Of a stretch of 64,000 nucleotides of DNA, positions 1 through 12,968 are shown in pieces. This DNA is from an uncultured Gemmatimonadaceae bacterium (GTDB lineage: Bacteria; Gemmatimonadota; Gemmatimonadetes; Gemmatimonadales; Gemmatimonadaceae), in contig CAWAGQ010000001.1 in the NCBI GenBank assembly GCA_963781585.1, positions 33,492 to 97,491 on the forward strand. Reading direction: 5' to 3'. Below the pieces are notes generated by a model. That model made no database searches and was not told where the DNA came from. It saw only the letters and a list, made by a program, of their open reading frames with translations. The position numbers were made by a program, and so were the translations under genes. Each line of letters opens with the position of its first letter. Position 1 is the stretch's first letter.

Positions 1-3
1 TCG

Positions 4-237
4 GTGCAGGCGGAGGACGGCGATCCGCAGTACGCGGTGCAGCCGCGCGGGCTGACGGTGCGCAACCGCGGCCTGGTCGCCTCGTACCTGGTCACGGTGC
101 CGAACGCCATGCGGCGACTGCGGATCCGGGTCGGCGGCGCGACGGTGCTGGACCGGATCGGCGGCCGCATGACCCCCGCACTCACGCCGGACAGCGCGGG
201 CGACTTCGTGCTCGCCCTTTCGGCACCGCGCCGGTGA
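4..237 (+). CDS. Partial hypothetical protein (C-terminal end; begins upstream of the window)
   Basis: Open frame from the window edge; its TGA overlaps the GTG start of the next gene (GTGA at 234-237). Confidence 0.6.
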   Translation: MQAEDGDPQYAVQPRGLTVRNRGLVASYLVTVPNAMRRLRIRVGGATVLDRIGGRMTPALTPDSAGDFVLALSAPRR

Positions 238-1577
238 CGCCGCCCCGGCGCGGACGTGGCGTCGGCTACCTGCTCGCGGCGTCCGGCCTGGTCGGCGTGC
301 CCGCCCTGTTCGCCGTTTCGCCGCTGCGCAATGCCGTTACGGGGGCGCCGGTCGCGGCGTCGCTCCACCTTCCCGCCGGCTATCTGCTGCTCGCGCCCCT
401 GTCGGACCTGTTCGACGAGATATCCCTGCTCTCGGTCCGGCAGCATGTCGCGTTAGGCGTGACGATTCTGGTTGCGTATGTCGGGGTGCGCTGGTGGCGG
501 CGACGCCGGGATCCTCGGCCGTCGGTGTGGGCCGAGCTGGGTGGAGGGGCGGCACTGGCGGCGCTGGTATTCGCGCTCTATGCGGGCGTGACCCGCGCAC
601 CGCGCCCGATGGCGTCGCTGGCGGTGGACTCGGCCGAGCAGGTGGTGGTGGATTTTCACAGCCACACCAACGCGTCGCACGACGTGCGGCGAGATTTCAC
701 GCTGGCGCGAAATCGTGACTGGCACCGTGACGCGGGGTTCGACGTGGCGTTCGTTACCGACCACGTGGTGCCTAACGCGGACCGGCATCTGCCACCGCGG
801 CTGGCGGCGCCGGCCGGCCGCCCGGTCGTGCTGTATGGCGCGGAACGTGCCTGCCACGGCTCCCACCTGCTCCTGCTCGGCGCGGGGGTACGGGGCGCCG
901 CGCCGGACTGTGGCGATGCGGCGGAGCCGGAACTCGATGGGTGGGAGGAGGCCCCGGGGCCCTCGATCGCGCCCGTCACCATTCTCACCCTGCCGGACGG
1001 ACAGCCGGCGCAAAGCGCCCGGCGGGGTGTGCAAGGCATGGAACTGGTGGATGCGGCGCCGCGCGGACTCAATCAGCTCGACCGGGACCGCCCAGCGATT
1101 CTCCAGGCCGCGGAGCGAAGCGGCCTTGTTCTCCTCGCCGGCTCCAACAATCACGGCTGGGGACGCACCGCGGCCGCGTGGAATGTCATGACGATCCCGG
1201 GCTGGCGGTCGATGTCGGCGGACGCGCTGGAATCCGAGATACTCACCCGGTTGGCTGCCCGGTCACCGGATGCAGTCGAGGTCATCCAACGCCGCCGCGT
1301 GGCGGCCGGTGGATCCGCGATCCAGCTTGGTCTGACCGTGCCTGCGCTGGCGACCAATACCCTCCTGACGATGTTGCCGGCCGAACGGGTGTCGTGGTTG
1401 TGTTGGATCTGGGCCGCCTTCGCTCTGCCGTGGCTCGTCAGGCAGGCGCGCCGGATGCTGACCCTGGTGGGCAGGCGCCAGGTCAGGCTGGTCGCGGGGT
1501 GGCGGCCCGTCGCGGACCGACGCCCGGTTCGGGGAACCGTGAGGCCGCCCGCGGCGGGACCTGGCGCGATCGGGTAG
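234..1577 (+). CDS. Membrane-anchored PHP-domain (polymerase/histidinol phosphatase-like) metallo-phosphoesterase
   Basis: N-terminal TM helices, then PHP motifs DFHSHT, AFVTDH and GSNNHG (variant of GSDxH); C-terminal TM segment. Confidence 0.75.
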   Translation: MTPPRRGRGVGYLLAASGLVGVPALFAVSPLRNAVTGAPVAASLHLPAGYLLLAPLSDLFDEISLLSVRQHVALGVTILVAYVGVRWWRRRRDPRPSVWAELGGGAALAALVFALYAGVTRAPRPMASLAVDSAEQVVVDFHSHTNASHDVRRDFTLARNRDWHRDAGFDVAFVTDHVVPNADRHLPPRLAAPAGRPVVLYGAERACHGSHLLLLGAGVRGAAPDCGDAAEPELDGWEEAPGPSIAPVTILTLPDGQPAQSARRGVQGMELVDAAPRGLNQLDRDRPAILQAAERSGLVLLAGSNNHGWGRTAAAWNVMTIPGWRSMSADALESEILTRLAARSPDAVEVIQRRRVAAGGSAIQLGLTVPALATNTLLTMLPAERVSWLCWIWAAFALPWLVRQARRMLTLVGRRQVRLVAGWRPVADRRPVRGTVRPPAAGPGAIG

Positions 1578-1629
1578 TGCATCCCGATCGGCTGGGCTAA
1601 CATGCGAAGTCATCCCACAGGAGGCTTCG

Positions 1630-2235
1630 ATGAACAGCCGTCAGGCCGCCGCTGCCGCATTCCTTGCGACAGGATTTGCCATTGTGTCCGCGATTCTTCT
1701 CTTTGTGGAACCCGGCATGGGATTCTCGCAATTCGCGGACTACTTCGACCCAGCCAAAGTCGTCCCCAATCTGAATTCCACCCCGTGGCTCCTCGGTGAC
1801 CTGCTGTACCTTGGATTCGGCCTGGTCCTGACGTATCTCACCCTCGGCAGCGACGACCGCGTCCTTCGCGTGTCGGGCGCTGCTGCCGCCGTGTTGTTCT
1901 TCCTCATCGGCTGCATCGGCCGCATCCTGGCGCAGCTGCCGATCTTCATCAGCAGCGCCGATGCGCTGGACGTGGCGGTCCTGGGCGTGCTGGGGGTGCG
2001 GTTCGCCGTTCTCAAGACGACCGTCTTCGCGTTAGGCGTGTTTGCCTGGCGTACCACGGTGCCGGGCTCCGCCCTGGAGCGGGTCTCGCCGATCGGACGC
2101 GGCCTCGGCTACCTCGTCCTGGCCGCCAGCGCCGTGTTCGTGTTCATCTTCGTTCCGATTCCGCTGCTCATCATGGTATGGGCCGCGTGGCTGGCTGTGC
2201 AATTCGGGAGGATGCGCACGCCCGCGCCCGTCTGA
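1630..2235 (+). CDS. Hypothetical integral membrane protein (about 6 TM, possibly DUF4386-like)
   Basis: 201 aa, strongly hydrophobic; GAGG RBS-like motif at 1621-1625. Confidence 0.7.
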   Translation: MNSRQAAAAAFLATGFAIVSAILLFVEPGMGFSQFADYFDPAKVVPNLNSTPWLLGDLLYLGFGLVLTYLTLGSDDRVLRVSGAAAAVLFFLIGCIGRILAQLPIFISSADALDVAVLGVLGVRFAVLKTTVFALGVFAWRTTVPGSALERVSPIGRGLGYLVLAASAVFVFIFVPIPLLIMVWAAWLAVQFGRMRTPAPV

Positions 2236-2401
2236 GGCGACGCCGGACCAATACACTCGACCCGGAGCTCAGGGCGGGCGGATTCGTCGGAAGGGGGAGA
2301 TCCGGCGGGCGAGCACTCCGGCCAGCCATCGGGTTTCGCTCGCACGCGCGCGCAGGTTTCGCCCGCCCGCCCGCGTAGATTGCGGGTGAACGTCTGCCCA
2401 C

Positions 2402-3817
2402 ATGTCCGACCTCCTCGCCGCCCGCACCCAGATGGCGGTCTCGCTCGGCTTTCACATCGTCTTCGCCGAGATCGGGATCGCCATGCCCCTCATGATGGTG
2501 CTCGCCGAGTGGCGGGCGCGGCGCACGGGCGACCCTGCATACCTCGAACTCGCGAAGCGGTGGGCGAGGGGTACCGCGATCCTCTTCGCCGTCGGTGCCG
2601 TGTCCGGAACGGTGCTCTCGTTCGAACTCGGGCTGCTCTGGCCCGCGTTCATGCGCTTCTCGGGCGCCCTCATCGGCATGCCCTTCTCGCTCGAGGGCTT
2701 TGCGTTCTTCACCGAGGCGATCTTCCTCGGCGTCTATCTATATGGATGGGACCGGGTCTCTCCGCGGGCTCACATGGGGGCCGGAGTGATCGTCGCGGCG
2801 AGCGGGGCGGCGTCGGCGATCTTCGTGGTGATGGTAAACGCGTGGATGAACACGCCCACCGGATACGAGCTCGCGGTCGGCGGCCGACTGACCGGGATCG
2901 ATCCGATCGCGGGGATGATGAGCCCGGCCACCGCACCGCAGGCGGTGCACATGCTGCTCGCTGCCTACGCTTCGACCGGACTGGCGGTGGCCGGGATCCA
3001 CGCGGCCATGATCCGGCGTGGGGCGGCGTCACGCTTTCATCGCTACGCACTCACTACGGCGCTGGCGGTGGGTGCTCCGGCGGCCGTGCTGCAGCCGATC
3101 TCCGGCGATTTCAGCGCGCGTCTGGTGGCCCGCACACAGCCGGTGAAGCTGGCGGCGCTCGAGGGGCAGTTCGAGAGCGAGCGCGGCGCTCCGTTGCGTA
3201 TCGGCGGATGGGCGGACGAGAAACACGAAGAGACGCGGTGGGCGATAGAGATTCCGCACGGTCTGTCGTTGCTGGCGTTTCACCGGTTGAACGCGGAGGT
3301 CCAGGGATTGAAAGCGTTCCCGCGCGACCTGCGGCCCCCGGTGCGGCCGGTTCACGTGAGTTTTCAGGTGATGGTCGGACTGGGATTGGCGGCTGCGGCG
3401 GCAAGCCTGTGGGCCATGTGGACCGCATTCCGACGCCGGGATATCACGGCCAATCGGTCGCTCCTCGGCGCCCTGGCGCTCGTCACGCCATTCGGATTCA
3501 TCGCCACCGAAGCCGGATGGACGGTCACCGAAGTCGGTCGCCAGCCGTGGGTGGTGCAGGGACTCCTGCTCACCCGTGACGCAGTGACGCCGATGCCGGG
3601 GCTGGTAGTCCCGATGCTTGCGATCATGCTGCTCTATCTGGGGCTGGCCGCTGTGGTGGTGGTGCTCATCGGGTCGATGGTGCGGGAAACGGCGGTGCGC
3701 GTGGTTCCCACGGGGGACGCCGCACCATCGGTTGAGCGCGACGCGGATGCCGGGGGACGGGGAGGTGGCAGGGGGAAACGAGGGCGGGGGGCGCAGGGCG
3801 TGAGCGACCAGCCATGA
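2402..3817 (+). CDS. cydA: Cytochrome bd ubiquinol oxidase subunit I (short Q-loop type)
   Basis: LAARTQMAVSLGFHIVF N-terminus, EGFAFFTEAIFLG, QPVKLAALEG, EVGRQPW; heme-ligand His/His/Met motifs present. Confidence 0.96.
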   Translation: MSDLLAARTQMAVSLGFHIVFAEIGIAMPLMMVLAEWRARRTGDPAYLELAKRWARGTAILFAVGAVSGTVLSFELGLLWPAFMRFSGALIGMPFSLEGFAFFTEAIFLGVYLYGWDRVSPRAHMGAGVIVAASGAASAIFVVMVNAWMNTPTGYELAVGGRLTGIDPIAGMMSPATAPQAVHMLLAAYASTGLAVAGIHAAMIRRGAASRFHRYALTTALAVGAPAAVLQPISGDFSARLVARTQPVKLAALEGQFESERGAPLRIGGWADEKHEETRWAIEIPHGLSLLAFHRLNAEVQGLKAFPRDLRPPVRPVHVSFQVMVGLGLAAAAASLWAMWTAFRRRDITANRSLLGALALVTPFGFIATEAGWTVTEVGRQPWVVQGLLLTRDAVTPMPGLVVPMLAIMLLYLGLAAVVVVLIGSMVRETAVRVVPTGDAAPSVERDADAGGRGGGRGKRGRGAQGVSDQP

Positions 3818-4860
3818 GCGCGACGGTTGACGGCATCGGATTGCCCGAGGTGCTGGCGGGGGTCGTGGTGCTGGCGCTCAACGCCTACGTCCTCACGGGC
3901 GGCGCGGACTTCGGCGGCGGGGTGTGGGATCTGCTCGCGACAGGGTCACGGAAGCAGCGGCAGCGTGATCTGGTGGCGCGTGCGATCGGGCCGATCTGGG
4001 AAGCGAATCATGTCTGGCTGATCGTCGCGATCGTGGTACTGTTCACCGCCTTCCCTGGTGCCTTCGCGGCGATCACCGTCGTGCTGCACATCCCACTGAC
4101 GATCATGCTGATCGGCATCGTCCTGCGAGGTGCGGCGTTCGTTTTCCGGAACTACGGCAGCCGGGAGACCGCGTCGCAGCGCCGGTGGGAGCGGGTGTTC
4201 GCGGTGACGAGCACCCTCGCGCCGGTTTTCCTCGGCGTGAACGTGGGCGCGATCGCGTCGGGCGCGGTGGGGGCGCGGATCGGTTCCGACGGATTGCCGG
4301 TGAGTAGTGGATCATTTGTCGCGGGGTACGTGTGGCCGTGGCTGGCGCCGTTCCCGATTGCGGTGGGTGCGCTGTCGCTCGCGCTGTTCGCGATGCTGGC
4401 CGCGGTGTACCTCACCATCGAGGCGGACGAACCGGCCTTGCGCGCCGACTTCCGGCGCCGCGCGCTGGGCGCGGCGGGCGCGGTGATGGTGGTCGCGTTA
4501 GGCGGCCTGGCGGTGGCGCGGTCGGAGGCGCCGCGAATGCACCTCGGGCTGACCGGCGCCGCCTGGGCGCTTCCACTCCAGCTCCTGGTCGGACTGAGTG
4601 CGTGCACGACCCTGTTCGCACTCCTGGGACGGCGCTGGGCCCTGGCCCGCGTGGCCGCCGCGGTCCAGGCCTCACTGATGCTCTGGGGGTGGGCGCTGGC
4701 GCAGTATCCCTATCTCGTCCCCTCCGCAATCGGCATCCGGCCGGCGGCAGCGCCGGCTGTTACGCTGCGCCTCCTGTCGCTGGCTCTGCTCGGCGGCGCG
4801 GCGGTGCTGGTGCCCTCGTTGCTCTACCTCTTCCGCACCTTCGCGGCGGCGAAACGGTGA
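3814..4860 (+). CDS. cydB: Cytochrome bd ubiquinol oxidase subunit II
   Basis: GGADFGGG and IGPIWEANHVWLI motifs; ATGA overlap with cydA. Confidence 0.95.
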   Translation: MSATVDGIGLPEVLAGVVVLALNAYVLTGGADFGGGVWDLLATGSRKQRQRDLVARAIGPIWEANHVWLIVAIVVLFTAFPGAFAAITVVLHIPLTIMLIGIVLRGAAFVFRNYGSRETASQRRWERVFAVTSTLAPVFLGVNVGAIASGAVGARIGSDGLPVSSGSFVAGYVWPWLAPFPIAVGALSLALFAMLAAVYLTIEADEPALRADFRRRALGAAGAVMVVALGGLAVARSEAPRMHLGLTGAAWALPLQLLVGLSACTTLFALLGRRWALARVAAAVQASLMLWGWALAQYPYLVPSAIGIRPAAAPAVTLRLLSLALLGGAAVLVPSLLYLFRTFAAAKR

Positions 4861-4915
4861 GCGGGCGGGGGTGTTCGGTTACGCTCGAATCGTGCAGGGA
4901 CTAGGTTGACCACCC

Positions 4916-7042
<2,127 letters not shown>

Positions 7043-7067
7043 CCAGCCGGTCACATCCCACGGCGGA

Positions 7068-10023
7068 ATGAGCCCACCCTCTTCCACCTATCGCCTCCAG
7101 CTCAGCCGGGAATTCCCATTCGCCCGCGTTGAGGACTTGATCCCCTACCTCAAGGAGCTGGGCGTCGGAGCCGTGTATCTCAGCCCCATCCTGCTGGCGC
7201 GCCCCGGCAGCACCCACGGATACGACATCTGCGACCACAACCGCATCAATCCGGAGCTGGGTGCCGAGGAGGGCTTCGAGGCGTTGTCCCGAGTGCTCCG
7301 CGCGGTGGACATGGGGTGCATTCTGGATTTCGTGCCTAACCATATGGGCGCGGATCCGCTCACCAACCCATGGTGGTGGGACGTGCTCGAAGAACGGACC
7401 CTCGTCTCCCTTCGGTCGCTACTTCGACATCGACTGGGAGCCGGTGAAGCCGGACCTCAAGGGCAAGGTGCTCCTCCCCGTACTGGGAGACCAGTATGGC
7501 CGCGTGCTGGAGCGGGGAGAGCTGCGGCTGGAATTCGCGCAGGGCTCCCCGGTCGTGCGCTACTTCGAGCATCGCTTTCCCATCAACCCGCGCATGGCGC
7601 CCATGGTGCTGGGTTACGGCGTCGAGAAGGGCCGCCTGCCCGGGTCGGAGAGCGAACCGCACACCATCGAGTTCCTGAGCATCCTCACCGCGCTGCGGAA
7701 CCTTCCCGGCTATCTGGAAACCGACGCGGCCAAGATCCGTGAACGGCAGCGCGAGAAGGAAGTCGCCCGGCGACGCTTGGCAGTACTGGCCGAGGAATCG
7801 ATTCCGGTGCGGACGTTCATCGACGCCAACCTGGCCGCGTTCAACGGAACGCCGGGCAACGCACGAAGCTTCGATCTGCTGCACGCGCTCCTCGAGAGCC
7901 AGGCGTATCGCCTCGCCTACTGGCGCACCGCCGGCCACGAGATCAACTACCGCCGGTTCTTCGACATCAACGGCTTGCTCGCGATTCGCGTGGAGCTGCC
8001 GGAAGTGCGGGAGGCCACCCATGGGCTGCTGCTGGATCTGATCCGCCGCGGCCGAGCGACCGGTGTGCGACTCGACCACGTGGACGGACTGTACGATCCC
8101 AAGGGATACCTGCACGCGTTGCGCGCGATGACGGCCGACGCGACGCGCGGCGGTAATGCGAAGCCGGAACAGGTCCCGGGCGACACCACCTATATGGTTG
8201 TGGAGAAGATCCTCTGCGGCGACGAGCGGTTGCGCGCCGACTGGCCGGTCGACGGGACCACCGGCTACGAGTTCCTGAACGATCTGAACGGCCTGTTCGT
8301 GGACCACGAAGGAGTGACGCGGCTGCAGCGACTGTACACGCGCTTCACCGGCCGAAGCGAGGCGCCGGACCGGGAGACCCGCGAATGCAAGCGACTCATC
8401 CTCGACACATCGATGGGCAGCGAGCTGAACGTCCTCGCCAATCTTCTGGACCGTCTGTCGGAGACCGACCGAACCAGCCGGGACTTCACCCTGGACACGC
8501 TCCGCGATGTCCTGCGCGAGACCATCGCGTCGTTCCCCAACTACCGCACGTACGGACGACGCGAGGGCTTCGCACTGGAAGACGTGGATACGGTGGACGC
8601 CGCGCTTGTCGATGCCATGCGGGAAAACCCCGCCATGGAAACGTCGAGCTTCGCCTTTCTTCGATCGATGCTGTTGCCCTTCGAGCCCGCATCGGAGCAG
8701 CCGCCCGGATCCTCGCTGTCGCGCGACGCGCGGCTGGACTTCGCGATGAAGTTCCAGCAACTCACCGGACCCGTGCAGGCGAAGGGAGTGGAGGATACCG
8801 CCTTCTATCGAGACGGTGCGCTCCTCTCGCTGTGCGAGGTTGGCGGGGATCCGTCGTCGACCGGCATGGATATCGGTGCGTTCCATCGGCGCCTGGATGG
8901 ACGACAGCGCGCCTTCCCCCGGGGGATGACGACAACCGCTACGCACGACACCAAGCGAGGTGAGGATGCGCGCGCCCGGCTCAATGTGTTGACCGAGATG
9001 CCCGAAGCCTGGCGGCGGGTCGTTCTCCGCCTGGCTCGGCTCATGACGCCGTGCCGCGCGTCGCTGCCCCCGGAAATTCCCACGCGCAACGACGAGTACA
9101 TCCTGTATCAATCCCTGGTGGGGTGCTGGCCGCTCGCGGCCGATGGCAAGCCCGTACCCGCCGACACGGAGCTGGTGGCGCGCGTGCGCCAATTCCTGCT
9201 CAAGGCAGCACGCGAAGCCAAGCTGCAGACCAGCTGGATCAACCAGAATCTCGAGTACGAGCGTGCGCTGGCGGACTTCCTGGATACGCTGTTGGGAGAG
9301 CGCCTGCGGTCGCGGTTTCAGCGGATCTTCTTCCCGTTCCTCACCACCTGCGCGCAGCTTGGAGCCGCCAACTCGCTCGCGCAGGTGGTGGCCAGGTGCA
9401 GCGCCCCTGGCGTACCGGATGTATTCCAGGGCACCGAAATCTGGGATCTGTCGCTCGTGGATCCGGACAACCGGCGGCCGGTGGACTACGCCCTGCGGAC
9501 GCGGTCGCTGGAGTCCTTCCGGATCTGGCTGGATCCGGCCGCGGACCCACCAGGGCGTAGCGAATTCGCCAGGGAGCTCCTCGCCGCCTGGCCGGACGGT
9601 CGCATCAAGCAGTATTTGCTCGGACGGTGTTTACGCTGGCGAGCGCACCATCCCGCGCTGTTTCTGTCGGGCGCGTACCGCCCCCTTGAATTCGAGAGCG
9701 GCGCCTCGTCTCCATGGATTGCCTGGGCGCGGGAGCACGGTGATGAGGCACTGGTCAACTGTTTCTGCACGCGGGCGACAGAGGTGAGCAGGGCTCTCGC
9801 GGGCGGCAATGACCGGCAGCCTCCACGGGCTCCGATGCTCGGTGACGCCCTGCAGGTGCCTGTGGAGTGGGCTGGCCGGGACGTCGTGCACCTCTTCACC
9901 GGCGCGCGCCATACCCTGCGGAGGGACGGAACCAGTTGCCGGGTGCCGTTCGAGTGGCTGACCGCGGAGTTTCCGGTGGCCTGGCTGTGGCTGGCGTCGC
10001 CCGGATCCCGATCCGGAGCCTGA
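7068..10023 (+). CDS. treY: Malto-oligosyltrehalose synthase, interrupted by a +1 frameshift at about 7390
   Basis: STYRLQ...GSTHGYD...DFVPNHM...WWWDVLE in one frame continues as [15 protein letters not shown]...NYRRFFDI...RLDHVDGL...VEKIL...THDTKRGED in the next. Removing one A from CTCGAAGAACGGA restores WDVLENG. Confidence 0.93.
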
Positions 10024-10033
10024 CGTTGCTGCG

Positions 10034-11899
10034 CTACTTGCTCCCGCTGTCCGCTTTCACTGCGCGCCGCGGTGCCAGGTCGACCTCCGTCAGGGCGCGC
10101 ACCGTGTGCGCCACCAGTGAGTCCGCGCCGGCCAGCGGCGTGTCAGCCGGCGCACGCGCCGACGCACCACGCGCCGAATAGGCACCGATCGCGCCGAGAT
10201 CACGCACGGTCACGGACCAGACGACCGAGCTGTCGCGCGCAAAGCCGACGTACAGCGAGACAAAGAGGTCGACGTTCATCAGGTCGGCGATCGCGTCGAT
10301 GGAGCGCGTCTTCTGCAGCGCGGCGCGCGAGCTGTCGGCGTCGATCGGGAGGAAGCGGGGATTCCGCGCGATGGCCTGTCGGAGACTGTCAACGAGCGTC
10401 AGCACCGTCGGTTCGAGGGATCGGGCGCGTGGGCTCATCACCGGCCAGGAGACGAACGTGCGCCGGGGCGGTCCGAGGTTTGCGCGACGCTCGGCGAACG
10501 CCTCACGCGAGAGCTGGCGCGAACCGCCGACGATCACCGGCGGCGCTGGGGGCTCCACGCGCGGCCCGGTTCCGAAGCGGAGTACGCGCAGCGACTCGAA
10601 CGCCGCGGCACCGCGCACCAGGGCCTGTACGTCCGGCACGCCGCGGACGCGCGCCACCGAGTCGAGCACCGCCCGCTGGATCTCGCCCCGCAGGGAATCG
10701 GCAAGCCGGATGACCTGCTGCGAGGTCTCCACGCCGGGGCTGGGCGACGGCGCCGTCGACGGACGCTCCTTCGTGCGGGCAGAGTCCTGCCGCGCGCGTG
10801 TCGCCGCGCGCTGCTCCTGCAGTTTCTGCTCGATGGCCCGGGCGATTGCCATCGAGTCGTCATGGGTGAGCAGCACCGGTTGCGAGACGGCGGAATCTCC
10901 GGTCGCCAGGCGGGGGGGCGGGGCCGCGACCTGGCGGCGCTGCATCCAGATCGCGGCGAGCGCGATCGCCGCCAATCCGAACGCGGCCGCGATGATCCAG
11001 CGATGAGACCGCTGCCCCGTGGTCCGATAGGGCGCCGCGCTCCCGGTCGAGACATCCATCTCGCCGAGCGTCGCGGCCACCTCGGCTGCGGTCTGCGGCC
11101 GGTCGGCTGGGTTCTTCGCGAGACAGCGAGCGAGCAGCGTGGCGAGTGCGGGCGGCACGTCCGGCCTCGTGCGTGAGATCGGCTCGGGAATCCGCGTGAG
11201 CTGCGCCGCCATCGTTTCCTGCGGCGAGGGGGCCTTGAAGGGCGCCTCGCCCGCAAGCAGCTCGTAGCCCAGGAGCCCCAGCGCGTAGATGTCGACGCGA
11301 TGGTCCGCGGCCGGATCGCCCGCCAGCTGTTCGGGCGCCATGTATTGCGGGGTGCCGATGGCCATTCCGCTGGACGTCGTCCCGACCTTGGGAAGCGACG
11401 CCGAGATCGCCTTGGCGACCCCGAAGTCCGTGACCATCGCGTGCGATCCGCTGCGCAGTACGTTCCCGGGCTTGATGTCGCGGTGGATGACGCCGCGGGC
11501 GTGTGCGTAGGCGAGCGCATCCGCCACGTCATGCAGTATGCGAACGACGTCTCGCGGGGAGAACCGCACCCCTTCGTGCACCGCCTGACGCAGCGACTCG
11601 CCCTCGATGAAGGGCATGGTGAAGAAAAGGAGGTCGCCGTGCATGCCCGCGGTGTGGAGCGGCACGATGTGCGGGTGCTGGAGCTGAGCGGCCAGCTGGA
11701 TCTCGCGCCGGAAGCGTTCCCGGTTGACTCCGGCCGCGAGTTCCGGCGGGAGGACCTTGATCACGACCTGGCGGTTCAGCGCGCGCTCGATGGCGACGAA
11801 GACGCGGCTCATCCCGCTTCCGGCCAGCTCGCGTTCGATCTGGTACGCGTCTCCCAGCGCCGCGCGGAGATCGGAATCGAAGTCGTGGGTCTCGGACAT
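10034..11899 (-). CDS. Hanks-type Ser/Thr protein kinase with TM helix and unassigned C-terminal domain
   Basis: VVIKVL, HRDIKPGN, DFG and YMAPE motifs; TM segment WIIAAAFGLAAIALAAIW; likely ATG at 11899. Confidence 0.93.
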   Translation of the reverse strand: MSETHDFDSDLRAALGDAYQIERELAGSGMSRVFVAIERALNRQVVIKVLPPELAAGVNRERFRREIQLAAQLQHPHIVPLHTAGMHGDLLFFTMPFIEGESLRQAVHEGVRFSPRDVVRILHDVADALAYAHARGVIHRDIKPGNVLRSGSHAMVTDFGVAKAISASLPKVGTTSSGMAIGTPQYMAPEQLAGDPAADHRVDIYALGLLGYELLAGEAPFKAPSPQETMAAQLTRIPEPISRTRPDVPPALATLLARCLAKNPADRPQTAAEVAATLGEMDVSTGSAAPYRTTGQRSHRWIIAAAFGLAAIALAAIWMQRRQVAAPPPRLATGDSAVSQPVLLTHDDSMAIARAIEQKLQEQRAATRARQDSARTKERPSTAPSPSPGVETSQQVIRLADSLRGEIQRAVLDSVARVRGVPDVQALVRGAAAFESLRVLRFGTGPRVEPPAPPVIVGGSRQLSREAFAERRANLGPPRRTFVSWPVMSPRARSLEPTVLTLVDSLRQAIARNPRFLPIDADSSRAALQKTRSIDAIADLMNVDLFVSLYVGFARDSSVVWSVTVRDLGAIGAYSARGASARAPADTPLAGADSLVAHTVRALTEVDLAPRRAVKADSGSK

Positions 11900-12142
11900 C
11901 AGATAGTCGGCGTGTGATCGGAACCTACGCGTCCCCACCCGGCGGGAACAGCGGCAGTGTCGCCCGTCGGTTAGACACGCGCCATCCGGGATTGGCTCAC
12001 ATACCTGCGAGTCCTGGCTGCGCACGGAATCGCCGGGGCCCAAACCGCGGCGCCGGCGAGGAAGGTCTGGCGATACCGCTCTTGCCGCACTTGTTGACCG
12101 GTGACCTCGTCATATCGCTCCCGACGGGTCTCAAGGAGTTCG

Positions 12143-12799
12143 TCAGGGCGGCCGTCGATACCGCCTGACGTACGTGGGTGTCGCGATGCCGGGTTTCACG
12201 CGAGGGTCGCCGATCGGCTTCCCTGGTTGGAGCGACAGGGGCAGGACGCCGGCCCATGTCGCGAGCGCGTAGTCCTCTTCTTCGTCCAGGGGCGGTCCGG
12301 TGCGGACCTTGGCGGACGCGGACGAGATCGGGACCGCGACCACGCTGGTCGCATTCAGTTCCTGCCGGCTCGGCGGACGCACGTCGCGCCAACGGCCGCG
12401 GGCGATGTGGTCGGCAAATGCCTCGAGCGCGGCCAGCTTTTCCTCGTTCGACTCGACCAGACGCCCCGTTCCGAAGAGCACCACTGACCGATAGTTCATG
12501 GAGTGATGGAAGATCGATCGGGCGAGGACGATTCCATCCAGCAGCGTGATCGCGACCGATACGGGATTGCCATCGGCGACGTGACGCAGCAGTCTGCTGG
12601 TCCGTGCGCCGTGCAGCAGCAGCACGTCGTCCATGCGGGCGTGAAGCGTGGGAATGACGATGGGATGTCCGTCGGCGACGATCCCGACGTGGCAGACGAG
12701 GGCCTCGTCGATGATCGCGTACACGCTCGTGCGATCGTATCGGCCGCGCCCGGGAAGGCGCCTGACGCGATTGCGTGGCGTAACGGGGAAGTGAGGCAT
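12143..12799 (-). CDS. Pyridoxamine 5'-phosphate oxidase-family (split-barrel flavin-binding) protein
   Basis: CHVG...PIVIPT...LHGA...LDGIVLARSIFHHSMNYRSVV...KVRTGPP; ATG at 12799. Confidence 0.9.
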   Translation of the reverse strand: MPHFPVTPRNRVRRLPGRGRYDRTSVYAIIDEALVCHVGIVADGHPIVIPTLHARMDDVLLLHGARTSRLLRHVADGNPVSVAITLLDGIVLARSIFHHSMNYRSVVLFGTGRLVESNEEKLAALEAFADHIARGRWRDVRPPSRQELNATSVVAVPISSASAKVRTGPPLDEEEDYALATWAGVLPLSLQPGKPIGDPRVKPGIATPTYVRRYRRPP

Positions 12800-12968
12800 T
12801 GGGAGACCAGAGACCAGAGGTCGGGCGTGGGTGTTCGGGAGGTCGGAACTTCGCAGCGTTGTTCCGCGCGTCAAGCGCCGGCTCCCCGGTCTGCCGGAGA
12901 ATGACGCGAGTTGTTGCGTCGTGGCTTCCGGGACAGGAGCTCCGGGACGACCACTCGCACCAGCCGTC

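Noticed and set aside
7385..7395. Programmed ribosomal frameshifting in treY, fucD or the ADOP permease
   Set aside because: No slippery heptamers, and these families are not known to be recoded; sequencing error is simpler.
12050..12105. RNase P RNA-like words (GAGGAAGGTC; GTGCGGCAAGAGCG)
   Set aside because: The two words lie on opposite strands and the other conserved RNase P elements are missing.
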